Shown piece after piece: positions 16,701-26,408 of a DNA stretch of 29,030 nt. This DNA is from a candidate division WOR-3 bacterium. Its GTDB lineage: Bacteria > Hydrothermota > Tepidihabitantia > SM23-42 > JAOAFX01. The first letter of the stretch is position 1. Each line of letters opens with the position of its first letter. The stretch covers positions 1-29,030 of the forward strand of contig JBBILZ010000035.1 of NCBI GenBank assembly GCA_037444665.1, in the 5' to 3' direction. The translations under genes were made by a program, and so were the position numbers. The notes beneath the pieces were generated by a model. It had not been told where the DNA came from and did no database searches. It worked only from the letters and a program-made list of their open reading frames with translations.

Positions 16701-16729
16701 ATTTTACACATAGTCATACTATTTGTCAA
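16701..16729 (-). promoter_or_regulatory. Putative sigma70 promoter of the AAA ATPase (leaderless)
   Basis: TTGACA (16729-16724)-N17-TAAAAT (16706-16701), ending 5 nt before ATG 16695; no SD. Confidence 0.7.
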
Positions 16730-16772
16730 TTATTATTTTACACTTGGTAAATTTTCAAATTCAAACATTTTC

Positions 16773-17873
16773 TTAATATAAGTGATTATTTATATACTGA
16801 ATACTTGCGTTGCTAACATCACCAGATATAGTCCAATTGCCAGCGGCATCTCTGACAAGAGAAGCACGGTCCCGACGGCGCCACCAATCACAGATTAGTA
16901 TTGGCAAAGCGTGCCAGTAATTTTCTTTATTTGAAACATAGTCCAATAATTCCATATAATATTTTTCCACCTTTTTATCAAAGTAGTCAGGATGAACAAT
17001 TACTAATGCTACGCCATTTTTCTTTTCAATCCAATCAATTTTTTGCTTCCAGATTTTAATATCATTTTTTTTGAGAATTACAAAAAGGGTATGGTCCTGG
17101 GCAAGGGTGACGGGTAGTTCTACTAAATTACCTAAAAAAAATGGAAAGATAGAAAGACAACCACCAGGTTGTGGCCCAAAGGGGTCAGTATCTGGAAATG
17201 AAGAATCATATTCAAAAGGAAGTTCCTTCATCCATTCGGTATGTCTGAGAAGGGATGGAGACCTGAATCCATTGGCATTCCATTCATCCGCATATTTTTT
17301 AATTTTTTTAATGTTATTCTGGAATATATTATAGGAATTAAATAATCTGCCATCGTGTTTCAGGCCATGTACACCCACCTCAAAACCGTCTTTCTGAAGA
17401 GCACGAATTAAAGACCTGTGGACATCATAATCTTCAGGAACAAAGAAAAAAGAAGAACGGAATCCGTACTTCTTTTCAATCTCCACAATCTTTTCAATAT
17501 TTTTTAAACCCTTCTTAGTTTCAACATCATGGGTTAAACAAAATACAAAATTTTTATTATTGGGCCAGAACCAGATAAAAGGAAATCTATTGTTGAAAAT
17601 TAGATCTTTCAAGCGTTCCTTTTTGAATTTTTCTAAATACGGTTCAATGGGCCAATTTGGAAAGTTATTTTTGGTTGATTTTGCTTTTGCTCTTCTTATC
17701 TGAATTTGCATGACTCGCGGAATTAGAGGCTTAATCACATAGAAAAATTTTTGAATCCTGTATCTATCCCTTTTATATTTTTCAAAAAGAAATTTTCCAT
17801 ATTCTAACTCAAAGGATAGAAGAAGCTTATTACATTCTTCAGGCAATTTCCAGAATCTTATCAATTCACCCAT
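16773..17873 (-). CDS. Polysaccharide deacetylase (CE4/NodB-like)
   Basis: LTHDVE, SSFFF, EVGVHGLKHD, GFRSP, YDSS, ELPVT, VHPD. Confidence 0.82.
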   Translation of the reverse strand: MGELIRFWKLPEECNKLLLSFELEYGKFLFEKYKRDRYRIQKFFYVIKPLIPRVMQIQIRRAKAKSTKNNFPNWPIEPYLEKFKKERLKDLIFNNRFPFIWFWPNNKNFVFCLTHDVETKKGLKNIEKIVEIEKKYGFRSSFFFVPEDYDVHRSLIRALQKDGFEVGVHGLKHDGRLFNSYNIFQNNIKKIKKYADEWNANGFRSPSLLRHTEWMKELPFEYDSSFPDTDPFGPQPGGCLSIFPFFLGNLVELPVTLAQDHTLFVILKKNDIKIWKQKIDWIEKKNGVALVIVHPDYFDKKVEKYYMELLDYVSNKENYWHALPILICDWWRRRDRASLVRDAAGNWTISGDVSNASIQYINNHLY

Positions 17874-17910
17874 AAATTATTGGTAAAGACCTCCTATCTT
17901 TTCGTCTTTT

Positions 17911-18978
17911 TTATCCAAAATGTTTGTAAAATAAATTCCCTGCAACCTTTAATATCGGAATGGGTGTTCTTTTAAGAACTGAACTCGCTATTTTATATTT
18001 CAAATTGCTCTCTTTTGTAGAAGCTGCGCCGCCGATTTTAGGCCAGTAATAATAGGGTAAATCAAATTCCCTTGCGCCCCAGTGGCGTTTAAAAATCATT
18101 AAACCAATATTGTCTGGCGCAGTGCGACCTAAGTCCATTATTTTATATCCATTCTCCACCGCCCATTTAATTGCTGTCCATAAAATCAGATGATTAGGCT
18201 GATACTTAAGATAATGTTCATCAGAGGCATTAAATTTATGGTAAATAGTATCCCGGTAAATAAAAAATATACTACTTGCAATAACCTTTTCTTGATATTT
18301 TGCAATTAATAGAAATCCGAGTCCCTTATTTATAATCTCCTGCCATATATTCACAAAAAATGCATAAGGTTGTGGAATTACACCATGTTTTTTGCGAGTA
18401 AAAAGATTCAAGCGATAAAATAATTTTATATCCTGCTCGGATACTGAGCGGACAATTTGTAAGCCATAACCAAGGGCTTTTTTGATTGGATAACGAATTG
18501 ACTTCTGCTTCAAATTTTTCCATATATGCTCAAGTCCGGGTGTGAGTTCTAATTTGAAAATTTTGTAATAAGTATGTACTTGCATGGTAATGCTTTTCAA
18601 ATCAGAGATTTCGCCTCCTCTAATTTCAAAGGTGTTAATATTAAATTCTTTCGCCAATGTTTCAAATAATTGAATTATTTCTTGATCAATTAAATTTTCG
18701 TGGCTATTAGATAGTGGAGAACACATATCAGTAAATGGCAGGCAGACAAACCGTTTGCCCATTATCTTATTTTTTATAAGAAAAAATGGAATGGCAAGTT
18801 TGATCGTTCCATTGTCTTTAAGAATTGTGTAAACTGGTTTATAATGGTAGGTTTTGTTTATGACTCTTGCCCAATAAGAACTGTGGAAAATTGTGCTCCT
18901 GGGATGGCTTTGTATTAAAATATCCCATTGCGTATCAATTAGTGGGTCAAGAATAATAACATTATTTTCGGTCTTCAT
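17911..18978 (-). CDS. FemAB-like/GNAT-fold acyl- or aminoacyl-transferase
   Basis: W..LI..HP..TIFHS..W, LPFTD, EIRG, IKKA...GL, HGVIPQPY.FF, PNHLILW.AI, DLGRT, GL..FKRHWGA. Confidence 0.82.
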   Translation of the reverse strand: MKTENNVIILDPLIDTQWDILIQSHPRSTIFHSSYWARVINKTYHYKPVYTILKDNGTIKLAIPFFLIKNKIMGKRFVCLPFTDMCSPLSNSHENLIDQEIIQLFETLAKEFNINTFEIRGGEISDLKSITMQVHTYYKIFKLELTPGLEHIWKNLKQKSIRYPIKKALGYGLQIVRSVSEQDIKLFYRLNLFTRKKHGVIPQPYAFFVNIWQEIINKGLGFLLIAKYQEKVIASSIFFIYRDTIYHKFNASDEHYLKYQPNHLILWTAIKWAVENGYKIMDLGRTAPDNIGLMIFKRHWGAREFDLPYYYWPKIGGAASTKESNLKYKIASSVLKRTPIPILKVAGNLFYKHFG

Positions 18979-18987
18979 TTTCTACTA

Positions 18988-20364
18988 TTATTTATTACTT
19001 TTTGCAACAGAAATCTGTTTATAGTCATTTAATTTTTGATACAAATAGGCACTTACAAAATAGAAGATAAAGGATGATGCATCAAATCTCCACACAGGGT
19101 GATAAAGTGGCCCCACTATTGAATAATAAATTAAAAATCCAGGATAGGCAGTAGCCAGAATATTGAAAAGTTTATCATTATGGTTTTTAATCTTACGGAT
19201 ATTTTTCCAGAGAATGAAAAAATTTAGCAAAATTAAATAATAAGCAATGATTCCTATAATACCAATATCAAGTAAAGATGAGGCAAATTGATTGGGCGTA
19301 TCTTTTGTACTAAATTCAAGTTGCATTATTAACCCTGGTCTACCCCAGAAATTTCCCACAAAACTGGAACCTGGACCGAAGCCAAACCATAGATTGGTAC
19401 TGTTTTTTCTCACCTCTTCAAGAACACGAAGAACAACTCCCACTCTATATACTGAATACCTTTCTTCTCCGTAAACCTTGCCCTGAAAAGACAAAAATAT
19501 GTCTTCAACTATTTTTTGTATGTTTGAGCCATGCAGACCTTGCCACCATTGGAGAGATAGAGAAGAAAAGATTATTATTATAACTAATGCGGCAATTATT
19601 CCCAACCTACCTCTTTTTATAGTAGTAAGATAAAAGATGATAATTAATATAACAATCACCGGCATCCATAATGTCGCAGCCTTTATTTCTCCTAATATTG
19701 ATGGTATGAATAAAGCAAATATTCCGATTAAATGCCAAATACTAAAACGTTGATTTAAGCCATGGGCAACAATGAGGCTGCTACAGTAAATACAATAAAT
19801 ACCAATATTAGTTGTTCCCCAACCACCAAGTGACCACGAGATTTCGTCGCCAGTGATTCCAAAAACAAAATATCTGTAAAGCACTTCAGGAACCTGGATG
19901 TAGGTTAATATTAAGAATAAAACCAAAAACCTAACGACCAACTTATCATTAAAAGGTATGTTGAGCATAATTATAAAAAATATTGGATACCTAAGATATA
20001 CCGCCAAATATGCTATGGTTTCATTAATAGAAATCTTGTTTACAAAGGCAGCTAAAGCTGTCAAAAATATGAAAATTAAAATATAAGGTGAAATATTACT
20101 CAAATTTATTTTGATTCTTCGTTCTGCAAAAATTTGATTTCTCAACAAAAGCAATATTATTAAAACAGGAATTAGAATGACCGAAAACCAGCGCAGGTAC
20201 ATTTGAGTTTCCAGCAGCCTTCCTGGAGAAGTTTGCTCGGGTAAATACCAGATAAAGGGTAAAAGCACCAATGGCAGATTATGCCAGTTCTTTATTACCA
20301 GCGTGACCACATAAATACCAAGAATTGCAACAATTAAAGTTATTAAAGATGAGGTTAAATCCAT
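18988..20364 (-). CDS. Wzy-type polysaccharide polymerase / O-antigen ligase-like membrane protein
   Basis: About 12 hydrophobic segments, large late loop with GFGPGS followed by DIGIIG; located in a Wzx cluster. Start ATG 20364 (TAATG overlap, SD GGAGG). Confidence 0.7.
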   Translation of the reverse strand: MDLTSSLITLIVAILGIYVVTLVIKNWHNLPLVLLPFIWYLPEQTSPGRLLETQMYLRWFSVILIPVLIILLLLRNQIFAERRIKINLSNISPYILIFIFLTALAAFVNKISINETIAYLAVYLRYPIFFIIMLNIPFNDKLVVRFLVLFLILTYIQVPEVLYRYFVFGITGDEISWSLGGWGTTNIGIYCIYCSSLIVAHGLNQRFSIWHLIGIFALFIPSILGEIKAATLWMPVIVILIIIFYLTTIKRGRLGIIAALVIIIIFSSLSLQWWQGLHGSNIQKIVEDIFLSFQGKVYGEERYSVYRVGVVLRVLEEVRKNSTNLWFGFGPGSSFVGNFWGRPGLIMQLEFSTKDTPNQFASSLLDIGIIGIIAYYLILLNFFILWKNIRKIKNHNDKLFNILATAYPGFLIYYSIVGPLYHPVWRFDASSFIFYFVSAYLYQKLNDYKQISVAKSNK

Positions 20365-21548
20365 TATTTTTTTCCTCCCAGTGATTTGTAGCAATCAATA
20401 TAAATCTTCTTTGATTTTTCCCAACAATAATGCTCTTTATACTTTTTTAATGCAGCCTCAGATTTTTTTAAAATGGCTTCACGATTAAACATTGCCCACT
20501 CAATCTTTTCAGCCAGATCACGATAATCCTGAGCGTTGTAAAATGTTAATTCATCCTCAGTAAAAAAATTTCTGATTGTATTATGCTCAGCACAAATTAC
20601 AGGTATTCCTAATGCAATATATTCAAATAATTTATTAGGTAGCAGATATTCAATGAGTAGAGAAATTATTCCTAAGTCAGCCTGGCAAAGATGGGTTGAT
20701 AAATTTTCAAAAGGGACAAAACTCTTAAAGATAACATTATTTGTAAGGTAGTATGTTTCAACAATTTTTCTCAATACCGGTAGATATTCACCTTCACCCA
20801 AAATTTCACATTTTATCTTTGGATACTTAGGTACAAGTATTGAAAGGGCATAAATAATATTTTGAATACCATATATCTCAGTAATCGTTGAGTGGGTCAT
20901 TATCAATGTTTTGTCGCCATTACCGTAAACATTTGAAATTTTCCTATTTTTGTTAGAAAAAGTAAAACCTTCAGGCAAAAACATTGTTTCATCTGGTACA
21001 TTCAATAGAATATTAGCGTTCTCAAAATACTTTTCTTTACGAACACAGGTAATAATGATTTTGTGTGAAAACTTAACGCTTAAATTTTCTATTATTCCAA
21101 GTAGTTTTACTAAAGGATGATGTAAGGATATCTTTAATTTTCTTGCAAAAAGTACAGGCACATTTTCAAAAAGATATAGAATTATTTTTGCTCCAAAAAT
21201 TTTGGGAATCAATGTTGAAAAAACCAAGAAATCAGGCATAGTGTCAACTTCAATAATATTATAATTTTTTTTAAAAAAAAGTAAAGTTAAAAGAATCGCA
21301 GTACCTGTAAAAAATATGAAATACTCAGCGATATATCTCAATAATCCCCGCCTTAAATGTTTAATCGGAATACGATAGACATTGACACCATTCCAAACTT
21401 CATATAGTTTCTGTCCAATATCGCAAAGGCAGATAACATCCACCTCATACCCCTGTTCTAATAGTGCCTTTACATCTCTTTTAAGATGCGTTTCTTGAGG
21501 AAAATAATAACATCTTATAATACAAATTTTTGTTTTTTTACTATTCAT
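20364..21548 (-). CDS. Glycosyltransferase family 4
   Basis: GYEVDVIC, MPDFLVF, LGEGEY, ADLGI, PNKLFEYIALGIPVI. Confidence 0.9.
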   Translation of the reverse strand: MNSKKTKICIIRCYYFPQETHLKRDVKALLEQGYEVDVICLCDIGQKLYEVWNGVNVYRIPIKHLRRGLLRYIAEYFIFFTGTAILLTLLFFKKNYNIIEVDTMPDFLVFSTLIPKIFGAKIILYLFENVPVLFARKLKISLHHPLVKLLGIIENLSVKFSHKIIITCVRKEKYFENANILLNVPDETMFLPEGFTFSNKNRKISNVYGNGDKTLIMTHSTITEIYGIQNIIYALSILVPKYPKIKCEILGEGEYLPVLRKIVETYYLTNNVIFKSFVPFENLSTHLCQADLGIISLLIEYLLPNKLFEYIALGIPVICAEHNTIRNFFTEDELTFYNAQDYRDLAEKIEWAMFNREAILKKSEAALKKYKEHYCWEKSKKIYIDCYKSLGGKK

Positions 21549-23257
21549 ATAGAATTTTCTATGAAATAACGAAACCAGAGTTCAAACCGTGCAATTTTTT
21601 CCAGTTCATAAGACCCTATTGGATTCCATTTTTTCTCATCACCAAGTTTCCTTGTAATTTTTTCCCTGTTATAAAACTCTCTTTTTATAGTCTTTGTCTC
21701 ACTCAATATTTTATTGATAAAGAGTCTCCAGGGTGCGGAAATTTCACTTTTTGCCATTCTGGTTGCATTCAATAGATTTCTTATTCCCCACAATCCTGTC
21801 ATAAACAGTCCTATTGACCCACAATCATATTTCTGAGGATAACCTCTGTCAACAGGAAGTTCAAGTAATGCAGGCGCATATCGTTTTATTACATTGAAAT
21901 ATAACTTTCTTGTGGCAAATGTTGCATAAATGTTTTTTCCCCAGGTTTTGAGCCGGGCGATTGAAAGCGGGCTTCTTAAAAGAATCTCAATTACTCGGTT
22001 ATCAAGAAAAGGCATAGATACAAGCCTTTGGTGGCTCTCACCATATCTCAATACACCATAATCAAACCGATACGCATAATTTAATAGAAAGTGTGTCAAC
22101 TTCTGAGTAAAAGAAAGGGTTCTATATTGTTCATTGAGTAATAAATCTGGTTCATAATCTGGGACACAAAAAAAATGTGTTTCTTTACTTGGAAGAATCT
22201 TTTCACTAATAAAATAACTTGTCAGTGCGGAATTAATATAATCATTCGGAATTGGAATACTTCTTATAATTTCACCCTGGCCAGAAAACAAGATATCAAC
22301 TTCTGATGCAATTTTTTTTACCGCGTAATACCTTCCGATATGGAAAAGCGGAAATGTAAATTCTGTTGCTTTACTTACTTCATAGATATTTTCAGTAGCT
22401 ATATTATCTTCCGGATAATAGGGTATGAATTTGTGAACGAAACCCGCACTTAGAGCGAGTTTTTGAGCGATAAAACACTCTTTAACCTTGGGATTATGCC
22501 AGGTGTATGCATAACCCTTTATTCCTATTTTCAATAGGCAGGCAAGCAAAACCCTTGAATCATAACCTCCAGACAAAAGGATTCCTATCCTTTTTTTGTT
22601 AGCAACCCAATCGCGGATACTTTTTAACAGCACCTCAGGAAATTCGTTCATTAATTCTTCCTCACTAATGGGTTCTTCATAAAAATATTTTATTAATGAA
22701 TAGTAACTGCTTTCAGCAACTTTGTTGTTACACCAGATTATTCTTGCGGCAGGAAGAAATTGGTAAATACCAGTAATGAATGTGTCTCTGCTAGTAATAT
22801 AATTAAAAAGTGCAAATTGTACAAGGGCATTTTTGTTAATCTTCTTATCAAATTTTGCTAATTCCATAATATCCTTTAACTTTGTTGAAACAAGTAATCC
22901 ACTACTATCTTTCATTTTGTGGTAATAAAAGGGGAGTAATCCAAGTTTATCATTCGCAATTATTATTCTATTATTAGCCTTGTCCCATAACAATAGATTA
23001 AAAATTCCATTAATATGCAATATAAAATCATCACGATATTTTTTATAGAGATTTAAAATAGTTTTAACATCCCCAGGTAATAGCATATCGCCTTCAAATA
23101 ACAATAGAAAGTCCGAAAGATTGTTTAGGAAAACATCGGGATATAATTCCTTTGAATCTTTTGCAACAGTAATATTTTTATCCGAAAAGATTAATAAATA
23201 ACATGGCTGTGCCATCCGTTTTTTTATTTCCGGGTCATCCCCTATATATATAATCAT
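21545..23257 (-). CDS. Asparagine synthase-like (AsnB family) ATP-dependent amide ligase lacking the N-terminal Cys
   Basis: INGIFNLLLWD, NDKLGLLPFYY, ILLSGGYDSR (ATP-PPase loop), FSGQG, MPFLD. The N-terminus MIIYIG has no Cys1. Confidence 0.8.
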   Translation of the reverse strand: MIIYIGDDPEIKKRMAQPCYLLIFSDKNITVAKDSKELYPDVFLNNLSDFLLLFEGDMLLPGDVKTILNLYKKYRDDFILHINGIFNLLLWDKANNRIIIANDKLGLLPFYYHKMKDSSGLLVSTKLKDIMELAKFDKKINKNALVQFALFNYITSRDTFITGIYQFLPAARIIWCNNKVAESSYYSLIKYFYEEPISEEELMNEFPEVLLKSIRDWVANKKRIGILLSGGYDSRVLLACLLKIGIKGYAYTWHNPKVKECFIAQKLALSAGFVHKFIPYYPEDNIATENIYEVSKATEFTFPLFHIGRYYAVKKIASEVDILFSGQGEIIRSIPIPNDYINSALTSYFISEKILPSKETHFFCVPDYEPDLLLNEQYRTLSFTQKLTHFLLNYAYRFDYGVLRYGESHQRLVSMPFLDNRVIEILLRSPLSIARLKTWGKNIYATFATRKLYFNVIKRYAPALLELPVDRGYPQKYDCGSIGLFMTGLWGIRNLLNATRMAKSEISAPWRLFINKILSETKTIKREFYNREKITRKLGDEKKWNPIGSYELEKIARFELWFRYFIENSI

Positions 23258-24423
23258 AGCAGATTTTTATACAAATCAAATATATTTTTCACCCATACTT
23301 CTAATGAATAATTCCTTTCTGCATATATTTTTGCACGACCTCCCATTTCTAATGCCATTTTTTTGTTCGTCAACAAGGTAATTATTTTATCAGCAAGTTC
23401 TTCAGCATTATTTTGTGTTATAAGAAATCCGTTTTCAGCATCTTTTATTATTTCTCCAATACCACCGATCTTTGTTCCAACAACTGGTTTCCCTGCCGCC
23501 ATATATTCTACAATTGCATTTCCAAAGCCCTCAAAATTTGAACAAAGGATACCAATATCAAACCGTGGGATAATTTCATGGACATTTTGATACTCACCAA
23601 AAAATATAATATTTTCTTTAACATTGTATGAATCTGCCAGAGCTTTTAATTTTTCAATTTTCCCCTCACCAACATATCTTTTTTCTGAACCTACAAATAA
23701 AAATAGGATGTCCGGAATTCTTGCCTTTACAATGCTTGCTGCCTTAATAACACTTTCGTGGTCTTTTTGGGGAGAAAAATTTGCAACCATGCCTACCACT
23801 GGATGGTCATATATCCTTTTACCAATTTTCCTCTCAATAATTTGCTGGGCTTCTTCCCTTGTTATGGTGAATTTTGAGGTATCAATGCCATTATAGATAA
23901 CAGATATTTTTTCAGATGAAGCAAATTTTCTGTATATTAGCGAATCCTTAATGGAGTTACTTATTACGATATTTTTATTTAAGAATAATAAATTTAAAAA
24001 GCGGTAAAAAAGCGGACTAAAATAATGAAAAAACTTAGCCCCGGCCAATATGCTTGTTGGAGGATTGCGCCAGTGAATAATAAGTTTATATCTAAAAAAA
24101 AATTTTAGCAAACAGGCAGCTGAGAGATAAGCCATACCAACAAAATGAATATGTATAATATTCGCCCTTATGCTTTTTATTGCTTTGGCCATATTTACTA
24201 CTGCAGAATAACTGAACCTTTTATTTGCTGTCTTTGGACACAAATACAATACACCATATTTTTCTAACTCATGAAGATAAACCCTGGGTTCGCTGAATAG
24301 ATATGCAACTCTACCATTATTCTCTTTTATTTTTTCAGATAATTTCTTTAAACTTTGAATAAAAGCACCACCACTTGGTGCAATGTAGTCAGCCGCAAAG
24401 ACAATATTCAATTCAGAAGTCAT
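23254..24423 (-). CDS. Glycosyltransferase family 4
   Basis: SGGA, VIYNGID, VANFSPQKDH, SNFEGFGNAIVEYMAAGKPVV, ENGFL. Confidence 0.93.
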   Translation of the reverse strand: MTSELNIVFAADYIAPSGGAFIQSLKKLSEKIKENNGRVAYLFSEPRVYLHELEKYGVLYLCPKTANKRFSYSAVVNMAKAIKSIRANIIHIHFVGMAYLSAACLLKFFFRYKLIIHWRNPPTSILAGAKFFHYFSPLFYRFLNLLFLNKNIVISNSIKDSLIYRKFASSEKISVIYNGIDTSKFTITREEAQQIIERKIGKRIYDHPVVGMVANFSPQKDHESVIKAASIVKARIPDILFLFVGSEKRYVGEGKIEKLKALADSYNVKENIIFFGEYQNVHEIIPRFDIGILCSNFEGFGNAIVEYMAAGKPVVGTKIGGIGEIIKDAENGFLITQNNAEELADKIITLLTNKKMALEMGGRAKIYAERNYSLEVWVKNIFDLYKNLL

Positions 24424-25300
24424 CCGCTTTCTGGAAATATCTCTTCATTCGGCGTTTTACCTTATCTATCATCCGCCGCTTAAAAAAATCAACTATCTGT
24501 TTGTCGCCAATTCTCTTTCTATATCTAAAGAAATCTCCGAAGTACCCGATTAGAAACGGAATAGTTCCTTTATGAGGGTAATCAATAGTATATTTTAATG
24601 AAGCAATTGTAATAAATATTGGGTCATAGCCAAGAAAATAGCGGGTTTTACCTAAATCAATAAAGCCTGACCAGAAACCCGCGCCACTGAGCGTCGGTCG
24701 TAAATGTTCAACAGCAAGTTCTCTAACTTGTTTAGTTCTATATCCTGCCAGCATTGCCTTAACAGTAGATACACTGTCTGGCCCTCTTGTAATATCCCAG
24801 CCTGTTTTTTCAAAACATTTCCTACTCCATAATCTTGCTGCTCCGCACGGCCATTCTGGTGGTTCCTTTTCCCATATTTTTCTTTTCCCTACAGTACATA
24901 CTACAATCCCACTAACAACGCCAAGATTCGGGTCCGCTTCAAAATTTTTTATCAATTCTTCGTAATAGTTAATGGGCAAAAGTATATCTGCATCCAGCAC
25001 TGCAATGTAATCATAATTTAAATTACTATTAATTATTTTAAGATAATTAAAACCAGTTTTAACAACCATAGAATAATGAAATCCAATTCCTCTATGCTTC
25101 TTTTCCGTAGTGCGAATGATTTTTATCCATTGATATTCCTTTGCTAAGTCTAAAAGATATTCATAAGAACCGTCGTCACTCCAGTCATCTACAAAAATCC
25201 AACAGGACGGAGGTACGGTTTGTGCAAAAACCATTTTAGTTACCGCAGGTAGATTTTTGATTTCATTTTTTAAAGGCGTTATTATTACATACCGTGTCAT
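24413..25300 (-). CDS. Glycosyltransferase family 2
   Basis: Start MTRYVIITPLKNE (ATG 25300); VDDWSDDGS, LDADI, GVVSG. Confidence 0.9.
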   Translation of the reverse strand: MTRYVIITPLKNEIKNLPAVTKMVFAQTVPPSCWIFVDDWSDDGSYEYLLDLAKEYQWIKIIRTTEKKHRGIGFHYSMVVKTGFNYLKIINSNLNYDYIAVLDADILLPINYYEELIKNFEADPNLGVVSGIVVCTVGKRKIWEKEPPEWPCGAARLWSRKCFEKTGWDITRGPDSVSTVKAMLAGYRTKQVRELAVEHLRPTLSGAGFWSGFIDLGKTRYFLGYDPIFITIASLKYTIDYPHKGTIPFLIGYFGDFFRYRKRIGDKQIVDFFKRRMIDKVKRRMKRYFQKADDF

Positions 25301-25308
25301 TTGACAAA

Positions 25309-26343
25309 CTAAGGCAAAGGAAAGGCACCACAAGAACCCAATCTTCCATTCTCAGCATCAAGAATCGCTTTTGTTATTATCTTGAAACGATGCCTTTGTT
25401 TTGTAAATATGCTCCATAATCCTAATATTATCAAGTATATTTTCCGATTGATAAATCTACTTATTTTTTTGCTATAGTATTGCATTTCAAAATAAACCAA
25501 GTTTCTCACACCATAATAAACTCTAAAATCATCAACCATTTTGAACCATCCCTCTAATCCAAATCTCATACGTGCTTCATTCCCAAACCAAGAATTTTCC
25601 AATGAATCTAATTGTGCATTCGTGCAGAGAAAAATTTTGCCACCATCTCTGGTAAGACGATATGTATATTCATTGTCATCGTAATAAAAGAAGAATTCTT
25701 TTTTAGGAAAACCAATACGTTTATATACTAAAGAATGAGCAAAAAAACCACCATAAGATGCATAAGGTATTTCTGTAATTTCAGGTATGGTATTTGGCGG
25801 TTTTGCTTTCCAGGCTATGAAATTTCTAATTCTATCCCAGATATTAAAAATATGAAATCCCAAAAAACTCCCGGGCTTTAAATAGCAATTACTAATTGAT
25901 TTACCTGCCAATAGGTCAGGATGATGTTCTTTGCGAAAACAGAACAGTGCAAACCTATCTGGTGCCATACTATGATTCAATTTCTGCCAGTGATAGAGAA
26001 GAATATTAAGTGTATCAGGCCGGGGTGTTGAATCATCATCCAGAAGCCAAAGAAAATCACATCCATTTTTCAGGGCATAATCTATCCCCATTCCGAAGCC
26101 TACTGCTGAACCGAAATTTTTCGGGTTTTTAATGAAAATTATTTTTTTTATCTTTGCGGATAAATTATCTAATAATGATGCGCTATGAGTCATTACATTA
26201 TTCCCGATGATGATGATATTACTAATTCCCATTGGTAACAATTTTTCTACAGTTTTGATTACATATGGGGCGCGGTCACCATAAGTTACAATAACTACTG
26301 ATACTTGCTGAGCCAAATTATGATAATAATCTAATATTTGCAT
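25309..26343 (-). CDS. Glycosyltransferase family 2 (GlfT1/rhamnosyltransferase-like), paralogue B
   Basis: VVIVTYG.R, NFGSAVGF, WLLDDD, IGFP..EFF.YYDDNEYT.R, YYGVRN. ATG 26343 preferred over GTG 26379. Confidence 0.88.
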   Translation of the reverse strand: MQILDYYHNLAQQVSVVIVTYGDRAPYVIKTVEKLLPMGISNIIIIGNNVMTHSASLLDNLSAKIKKIIFIKNPKNFGSAVGFGMGIDYALKNGCDFLWLLDDDSTPRPDTLNILLYHWQKLNHSMAPDRFALFCFRKEHHPDLLAGKSISNCYLKPGSFLGFHIFNIWDRIRNFIAWKAKPPNTIPEITEIPYASYGGFFAHSLVYKRIGFPKKEFFFYYDDNEYTYRLTRDGGKIFLCTNAQLDSLENSWFGNEARMRFGLEGWFKMVDDFRVYYGVRNLVYFEMQYYSKKISRFINRKIYLIILGLWSIFTKQRHRFKIITKAILDAENGRLGSCGAFPLP

Positions 26344-26408
26344 ATCTTTCAATTTATAAGGTAATAGAAACACAAACACTAATAAAATGCAAAAACATCA
26401 AGATAATT

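Noticed and set aside
17874..17895. Strong SD AGGAGGT 15 nt before the deacetylase ATG, hinting at a frameshifted start
   Set aside because: No better-placed start codon exists and the ORF is otherwise intact; insufficient evidence for a pseudogene.
1644..24575. Many 60-130 aa ORFs antisense to, or out of frame within, the long genes
   Set aside because: They fully overlap well-supported CDSs and show no independent motifs or translation signals.
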